Below are positions 58,352-64,000 of a DNA stretch of 64,000 nt, piece by piece; within the stretch, counting starts at the first letter, position 1, and every line of letters starts with the position of its first letter. The stretch lies in the NCBI GenBank assembly GCA_964603675.1, contig CAZRVS010000006.1:19587-83586 (forward strand), read 5' to 3'. The notes under the pieces are model-generated. The model did not search any database and was not told where the DNA came from. It saw only the letters and a program-made list of their open reading frames with translations. The position numbers and the translations under genes are program-made. This DNA comes from an uncultured Candidatus Bathyarchaeia archaeon. GTDB lineage: Archaea; Thermoproteota; Bathyarchaeia; Bathyarchaeales; Bathycorpusculaceae.

Positions 58352-58918
58352 ATGATTAGGAATGAATTCCAAGTTGGAAGGACGAAAATACTGTTGGTTA
58401 AAGGCGATGTAACTGAAATGGAAACAGACGCGATAGTGAACGCTGCTAACTCCACACTCATGGGAGGTGGAGGCGTAGACGGCGCAATCCACCGCAAAGG
58501 CGGATCGAAAATACTTGAAGAGTGCAAAAGAATAAGAGCTACGGAATGCCCTGGAGGTCTTCCCACAGGAAAGGCTGTAGTAACCTCCGGAGGCGATCTG
58601 AAGGCTAAGTACGTCATTCACACGGTTGGACCCATCTGGCGAGGAGGCAACCATGGCGAATCTGAACTTTTGACAGAAGCCTACCGCAACTCGCTCGCTC
58701 TTGCGGTTTCCAAAGGGCTGAAAACCATAGCTTTTCCGTCAATAAGCACAGGCGCATACGGCTACCCAATCGAAAAGGCAAGCAGAATTGCTCAGGCAAC
58801 TGTAAAGGATTTTCTAAAAAAGAAAGACAAACTTGACGAGATAGTGTTCGTTTTGTTCAGTGAACATGACTTGGAAATTTACAAAGAAGCAGCGGAACAA
58901 ATACTGAGACCCATCTGA
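58352..58918 (+). CDS. macro domain protein (O-acetyl-ADP-ribose deacetylase-like)
   Basis: [22 protein letters not shown] ... [14 protein letters not shown]. The start is placed at ATG 58352, after a GAGGT site and downstream of the LysE stop. Confidence 0.9.
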   Translation: MIRNEFQVGRTKILLVKGDVTEMETDAIVNAANSTLMGGGGVDGAIHRKGGSKILEECKRIRATECPGGLPTGKAVVTSGGDLKAKYVIHTVGPIWRGGNHGESELLTEAYRNSLALAVSKGLKTIAFPSISTGAYGYPIEKASRIAQATVKDFLKKKDKLDEIVFVLFSEHDLEIYKEAAEQILRPI

Positions 58919-59037
58919 AATATTGCAGAAATTTGTCGATTTAAAATAGCGCAAACCAGTCTAGAATATATGTGCATAGGCGTACTGCCTAGAAAAACAT
59001 GCTATCCAGCGCCAAAGCATAACCAAAAGTTCAGTCC

Positions 59038-59155
59038 TTATATAAGAGCGCTATAGTCTTTTTCGAGCAGCTAGTCACAAACCTTCCAGTTCAGTCAAAC
59101 ACTGGTTCTACCTATATATAGAGGGGGTATAGTCTGTTTTTCACGCACTAGTTCC
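59038..59155 (+). promoter_or_regulatory. two ~43-bp imperfect direct repeats, each beginning with a TATA-like box
   Basis: TATATAAGAGCGCTATAGTCTTTTTCGAGCAGCTAGTCAC and TATATATAGAGGGGGTATAGTCTGTTTTTCACGCACTAGTTCC lie about 75 bp apart. Further TAGTCT motifs occur downstream, and the region sits upstream of the COG1395-like regulator. Confidence 0.4.
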
Positions 59156-59269
59156 TAGAATTCTAAAAACATTAGAGGGATAAAGGTCTGATTTTCCATG
59201 GGCTACCTACACAAAGTAGTCTGCAGACAGCACTAGTCTCCCTGCAAAAAGTATTGTTTATATTTTGCA

Positions 59270-60244
59270 GTGCAATGGATATTTCCAGTGGGCTTAATGA
59301 ACCATTGGGAAGCGGAAACCGCAATAGCCTTAGGCATAGCGTTGAAAGAAGCTGGTTTTGATGTTTCCCAAATCTGCTGCTCACGCCCAAGCTGCTTCGA
59401 TTTTGCAGCAAAAAAAGACAAAAACGTAATCTTAGTGAAATTCCACTCAGACGTAGACACCTTTTCTTCTAGCGAATCTCGGGACATAAGAACCATATCT
59501 GGTTGTGTTTCAGCCGCTTCAGTGCTCATAAGTCAAAGGACACATGAAAAACCTCTAGAAGACGATACAGTGTACTCAAGATACGATGTTTTCGCGATTA
59601 CTGCAAAAACCTTCGAAAACATAGCGTCTCGTGGCACATACCCACTGATTCATGCTGGCCCTGGTGGTTATTCCGTTGAGATTGAAGGTGAGTTGATAAA
59701 AAAGAGAAGACAAGAGTTGGGTCTCTCGATTGGCAAACTTGCCGAAATGGTAGGTGTGTCTCGAAGAACCCTTTATGGTTACGAAAAGGGCATGGCAAGA
59801 GCTTCAGTAGGCTCTGCGTACAACCTAGCAAAGACCTTGGGAATACCTGTAGCTCAACCGATAAACATTTTTGAAAAAATGAAAAAACACCATCAATGCC
59901 TCTTTGTAAAGGCCAAATATGCTATTGCCGGAAACGCTCTCCTTCAGAAAATCTTCAGAAAATTCACTCTCCGCGACGTTACTCCTGTCAGAAAGGCACC
60001 ATTCGATTTCATCATAAACTTCCCAAAGGAAAACGACGTAATTATTGGCGGCGTTGCGATGAATAGTGAACAGGAACTGGACAAGCGAGTGGATGAAATT
60101 TTGAGCTTAAGCAGAGTAGTTCAGGCGCATCCGGTTCTCATAACAGAAGGTCAGAAACCGTCAAGCAAGGACATATTTTGCATTCGCAAAGATGAATTAT
60201 CGGAAATCAAGACTCCCAAGGACTTTGTAGAGAGCTTCACATGA
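59270..60244 (+). CDS. archaeal COG1395-type HTH (XRE) transcriptional regulator
   Basis: The central IKKRRQELGLSIGKLAEMVGVSRRTLYGYEKG is flanked by N- and C-terminal domains typical of this ~320-aa archaeal family. Confidence 0.75.
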   Translation: MQWIFPVGLMNHWEAETAIALGIALKEAGFDVSQICCSRPSCFDFAAKKDKNVILVKFHSDVDTFSSSESRDIRTISGCVSAASVLISQRTHEKPLEDDTVYSRYDVFAITAKTFENIASRGTYPLIHAGPGGYSVEIEGELIKKRRQELGLSIGKLAEMVGVSRRTLYGYEKGMARASVGSAYNLAKTLGIPVAQPINIFEKMKKHHQCLFVKAKYAIAGNALLQKIFRKFTLRDVTPVRKAPFDFIINFPKENDVIIGGVAMNSEQELDKRVDEILSLSRVVQAHPVLITEGQKPSSKDIFCIRKDELSEIKTPKDFVESFT

Positions 60245-60911
60245 GCTTTTTTTGAACTGAATCTTTATGGCCTTTGGCTTCTTTTGCTGTTTTCCAAGAT
60301 TTTCTCACAAAATCAGGATATTCGCCGAATTTTTCTATCCACTGTTTAAGGAAGTCAGTGGTTTTGGGGTCTGTTGCGTAGCCACTGCCGAAATCACCGT
60401 ATTTGGCGGCCAATTCTGCTATTTCCTTGTCTCTTTCTACTTTTGCGATGATGGAAGCAGCTGAAACTATGGGGTAATTTCTGTCAGCTTTATGTTCCGA
60501 GATTATTTCTGGTCTGAAGCTCAATCGTTCTAGTATATGCTGTTTGAATCGTTGCTCTAGAACATCCGAAGCATCCACGTAGGCTTTGTCCGGTCTGAGG
60601 CTTTCTATAACCTTTGCCATTGCATGGGCTTCGAGCCTGTTCAGTTTGTGGAGTTTTCTGCCGCTTTCAACAACATCATCTATTTCTTTCGGCAACAATT
60701 TCACCACGGTATATTTTTCTGCCACACGTATGATCTCTGCTGCCAAAATTACACGTCTATGAGGCGATAGAAGTTTTGAGTCTCGAACGCCCAACCGCCG
60801 AAGCTTAGGCAAGTCCCCTTCTTTCATTAGAACCCCTGCAATTGCTAAAGGACCAATCACGCATCCGCGACCCGCATCATCAACACCAGCAACCAACACG
60901 CAAAGCCACAC
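60237..60911 (-). CDS. rnhB: ribonuclease HII
   Basis: VAGVDDAGRGCVIGPL ... DSKLL ... KADRNYPIVSAASIIAKV. Confidence 0.92.
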   Translation of the reverse strand: MWLCVLVAGVDDAGRGCVIGPLAIAGVLMKEGDLPKLRRLGVRDSKLLSPHRRVILAAEIIRVAEKYTVVKLLPKEIDDVVESGRKLHKLNRLEAHAMAKVIESLRPDKAYVDASDVLEQRFKQHILERLSFRPEIISEHKADRNYPIVSAASIIAKVERDKEIAELAAKYGDFGSGYATDPKTTDFLKQWIEKFGEYPDFVRKSWKTAKEAKGHKDSVQKKLM

Positions 60912-61190
60912 CTTTTCTACAAAAAAGCCAGTCTAAGCTTATAAACTAATAACTTTTCAGATCTCAAACAACATAATCAACACATTATCTACGCCAAAGC
61001 GCCTACCACCACCACATACACACCGAACTTCTGGCACACATACCGCTCGAAAATCGCATGTCTAACTTTTAATTAAGAACAGAACATCTCTACATGAAAT
61101 TTACATTACGCCCAGTTGACATTACGTCGTAAGCAAAGAAATGCTTATAGGCTATTGCTGAGGGTTAAAGTTTCAGAAACAACCCTTAAC

Positions 61191-61265
61191 GGGCGGGTAG
61201 ATCAGCTTGGTATGATCGCCACGTTGGCATCGTGGAGGCCGCGGGTTCAAATCCCGCCCCGTCCA
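61191..61265 (+). tRNA. tRNA-Ala (anticodon GGC)
   Basis: A 75-nt cloverleaf folded by hand. Acceptor stem GGGCGGG/CCCGTCC includes G3:U70. D stem GATC/GATC. Anticodon stem CCACG/CGTGG with loop TTGGCAT. T arm GCGGG-TTCAAAT-CCCGC. Discriminator A. No encoded CCA. Confidence 0.93.
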
Positions 61266-61493
61266 CTCCATTTTCTTTTGGAAAAAAGCCTTGACTGAGA
61301 AATTCGAAAAGAATTTTGTAGTCTCTTCCCAAAAAAGTAAGTACAACAAATCAAGCAAAATGCAGATTGAAAACGGCACAAGGCAATGCTTATAACAGCT
61401 GAACAGTCTATGCTAAAAAAGAATCTGATGCCAAACCTAATACATGTCATTGTTGAATAATGAAAAACCAACGCGAAAAAAGGAGGTGAACAA

Positions 61494-61850
61494 ATGGAAA
61501 CACTGACAATAGTCCTCAATGGGGCACCATACGGAGATGAGAAAGTCTGGAATGCTTTGAGACTAGCAAGAGCGCTGGTTTCTTCTTCAATAAAAATTAA
61601 ACTAAGCATTTTCCTCCTTGGAGATGCTGTGTCTGTCGCAAAAAAAGGGCAGAAAACTCCTGAGGGTTATCCCAATCTGGAAAAAATGTTGTGGGAACTT
61701 ATCGAACAAGGCGTAGAGGTTGTGGCATGTAGCACATGCACCAGTGCAAGAGGACTAACTTACGAAGACATAATTGAAGGCGTACAGCCTGGGACTATGA
61801 TGCAGCTTGCACATTGGCTTAAAGAGAGTGATGGGGTTCTGTCTTTTTGA
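61494..61850 (+). CDS. DsrE/DsrF family sulfur-relay-like protein
   Basis: LTIVLNGAPYGDE ... IFLLGDAVSVA ... VVACSTCTSARGL. AGGAGGTGA lies 5 nt upstream of the ATG. Confidence 0.8.
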   Translation: METLTIVLNGAPYGDEKVWNALRLARALVSSSIKIKLSIFLLGDAVSVAKKGQKTPEGYPNLEKMLWELIEQGVEVVACSTCTSARGLTYEDIIEGVQPGTMMQLAHWLKESDGVLSF

Positions 61851-61865
61851 TTCAGTGCATAGCGC

Positions 61866-61907
61866 GCGAGTCCAAATCCCGCCCTGTTCGCTCCATTTTC
61901 TTGGAAA
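61866..61907 (+). repeat. degenerate duplicate of the tRNA-Ala 3' end (T arm, acceptor 3' strand and ~20 bp of flank)
   Basis: GCGAGTCCAAATCCCGCCCTGTTCGCTCCATTTTCTTGGAAA compares with GCGGGTTCAAATCCCGCCCCGTCCACTCCATTTTCTTTTGGAAA at 61241-61285. Confidence 0.7.
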
Positions 61908-62044
61908 GAACGTGGACCAAAAACTGAGAGCTTGTTTCATTATTTTAAGCTTCCAAATAGTTCAGAATTGAGTTTAAGGCTTGTTCAAGATCATCTCGAA
62001 TTGATAGGTAATCCTAAGGGTAAGCTGTTCAGAAAACTAAAATA

Positions 62045-62245
62045 GTGTTCTCTTTTTTATTAGGCCCTGAGGGTGAAAATGCTTTGAAAGAATGGAAATG
62101 CGTTAAGATTGCTCATCACAAAGATGTTGCCAGAACCATCGAGGAGTATCAAGAGAAAGGCTGGAGGCTTCACACGTACACTTGCGCTCAAGCTGGCATG
62201 GGCGAAATAATCAATCATTACTTACTGTTTGAAAAAGGCGAATAA
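62045..62245 (+). CDS. hypothetical small protein
   Basis: 66-aa ORF; the start is uncertain and no family was recognised. Confidence 0.3.
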   Translation: MFSFLLGPEGENALKEWKCVKIAHHKDVARTIEEYQEKGWRLHTYTCAQAGMGEIINHYLLFEKGE

Positions 62246-62482
62246 AACCAAACCATCTCTTTTTTTACAGACGCTACGTGCATAAGATTCTTTGTGCTTG
62301 AGCGAATATCTTGTTAAAGCCTAACGGGGCATGTTTTTCAAGATGTGGTTTGATTTGAGCAAGCCTGAAGAGCGTACTACAAGTTCATCCCAACTAATTC
62401 TACATTTACTTTGAAAATTGAGACTAAATTTTTATATTTCTATCATTCTGTAATTGTTGAGGTAAACTTGAGGTTTGGGTAG

Positions 62483-63916
62483 TTGAAGTTTTCTTTTGTC
62501 AATGCAGGTCCTTATGAAGGATTAGATGAGCGTGAAGCAAGAAAATTTATTGCTTCATTTCCACCTTTAGGCATTTTATATTTGGCTTCTGTGCTCGAAG
62601 AAAGAGGTATCGAGATTTCTGTCTTGGACCAACCAGCGCAAGGTTTTACAATAAATGAAACAGTTAACTGGATAGAGAAAGAAAACCCTGACATTCTCGG
62701 TTTCTCAACATTCTCGAGTTCCGGTCGCACAGCCGCATTAATCAGCGAAAAGGTTAAAGAAAAAAACCCGAACGTCGTTGTCGTATTCGGCAATCATTAC
62801 GCAACATTCAATTCTGAACGGATTCTCCGAAAATACCCTTCCGTTGATATCACGGTTCGAGGAGAAGGAGAAAATACAGTGGTTGACCTTGTCAGTTGCT
62901 TGGCGAACAAAGGTAAGCTCAAACACGTTCAAGGAATTACCTTCAGAAATAACGAAAGCATTATTTCTACCCCTGAGCGTCCACTGATAAGGGATCTGGA
63001 TTCTCTTCCTATCCCTAAGCGTAATTTATTGGACATAGACTATCATTCGGTGGTTGCTGGGGTAAATGTTGCTCCAAAGAAGTTCACAAGTATTGTCTCT
63101 TCACGTGGATGCGTTTATAGATGTCGCTTTTGCAGTTGCACTCAGTTTGCTCGCAACGCATGGAGACCAAGGTCTGTAGAAAATGTTCTGGAAGAACTTC
63201 ATCTTCTTGCTAGTGAAGGATACAAACAGTTCATTTTTGTAGACGACAGTTTTACGCTGAACCAGAAAAGAGTAATCAAGCTCTGCAGAGCTATGAGAAA
63301 GGAAAAAATAGATATGGAATGGATCTGCGAAGGGAGAGTTAACAATTGCTCCTATGAAATGTTGTATGAAATTGCAAAGGCAGGTTGTAAACTCCTATAC
63401 TTTGGCATTGAAAGCGCCAATCAAAGAATTCTAGACTACTATGACAAACAAATAACACCCCAGCAGTCCAAAACTGCTGTGAAAACAGCCAGGAAAGCTG
63501 GAATAGATGTAATAGTTGGGTCTTTTATTGTAGGAGCCCCAGACGAGACAAAAGAAGAAATTCGCAACACAATCGAGTTTGCAAAACAAATTCCGATAGA
63601 TATTCCCCAATTCAACCTATTGGGTATTTACCCTGGAACAGACCTTTGGAGAGAATTCGAAATGAAGGGTCTTATAAATGTAGAAGAGGACTATTGGGAA
63701 ACAGGTATTGCTGTTTCTGAGATATGTTCAACATTAGTACAGCCTAGCGAAAGCAGACAAATGATTCATCAAGCCTTTTATGATTTTTTCCGTCGTCCAG
63801 ACTTCATATTGAAGCAAATAGCAAGAACACTGAGAAGTTCCTACCGAACTCAAATCATACTTAACAGCCTGAGCGGAATAGGGGCAATCCGAGAAAATAT
63901 CCGTAATGTTGCGTAA
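62483..63916 (+). CDS. B12-binding domain radical SAM protein
   Basis: The N-terminal Rossmann-like PPLGILYLASVL ... DILGFS is followed by SSRGCVYRCRFCSC (CxxxCxxC). TTG start. Confidence 0.88.
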   Translation: MKFSFVNAGPYEGLDEREARKFIASFPPLGILYLASVLEERGIEISVLDQPAQGFTINETVNWIEKENPDILGFSTFSSSGRTAALISEKVKEKNPNVVVVFGNHYATFNSERILRKYPSVDITVRGEGENTVVDLVSCLANKGKLKHVQGITFRNNESIISTPERPLIRDLDSLPIPKRNLLDIDYHSVVAGVNVAPKKFTSIVSSRGCVYRCRFCSCTQFARNAWRPRSVENVLEELHLLASEGYKQFIFVDDSFTLNQKRVIKLCRAMRKEKIDMEWICEGRVNNCSYEMLYEIAKAGCKLLYFGIESANQRILDYYDKQITPQQSKTAVKTARKAGIDVIVGSFIVGAPDETKEEIRNTIEFAKQIPIDIPQFNLLGIYPGTDLWREFEMKGLINVEEDYWETGIAVSEICSTLVQPSESRQMIHQAFYDFFRRPDFILKQIARTLRSSYRTQIILNSLSGIGAIRENIRNVA

Positions 63917-64000
63917 TCTTACAAAATCCAAGATTTTTGTGCTTCTAAATGATTGTTTTTGGATTCTTCCGCGCTACATCCTTCTATGTAATTTCAAAGA

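Noticed and set aside
1-64000. CRISPR arrays, rRNA genes, transposases, integrases or recognisable defence systems
   Set aside because: I found no regularly spaced direct repeats of 24-40 bp, no rRNA-like sequence, and no ORF with transposase, integrase, Cas or known defence-system motifs.

Overview
The window looks like an archaeal chromosome segment of roughly 40% GC. Supporting markers are an archaeal-type AlaRS, TiaS, Tsr3, RNase HII, an aRNase J-like nuclease, Fae, and a COG1395-type regulator. Many genes have GGAGGTGA-like Shine-Dalgarno sites and tightly coupled or overlapping starts. Most content is housekeeping: gcvPA/gcvPB, alaS, tiaS, nnr, tsr3, trmI, rnhB, tRNA-Ala(GGC), transporters and regulators. 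The strongest candidate for a new system is the minus-strand operon at 40965-45540. It encodes three envelope proteins: a DUF2330-like protein, a zinc-ribbon membrane protein, and a DUF2207-like protein. The DUF2207-like protein ends in a predicted cytoplasmic tail, CVCACAACACACACVSCACACAGGGVG. Its stop codon lies 2 nt before the start of a radical SAM/SPASM enzyme that carries a PqqD/RRE-like N-terminal domain. This resembles a RiPP-style maturase acting on the tail of a large membrane protein. Other notable items: a DapA-like aldolase fused to formaldehyde-activating enzyme; a kinase-fusion gene coupled to an RNase J-like gene; a PhzF gene frameshifted at an A5 run; a possible SpaB_C-like protein upstream of an ABC-2 exporter; a Leu/Tyr heptad stalk fused to a transglutaminase-like domain; a 34-aa C2H2 zinc-finger mini-ORF; and a duplicated tRNA-Ala 3' end bracketing a DsrE-like gene. 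I saw no CRISPR array, rRNA gene or intact mobile element. All family assignments come from reading motifs by eye, not from database searches.
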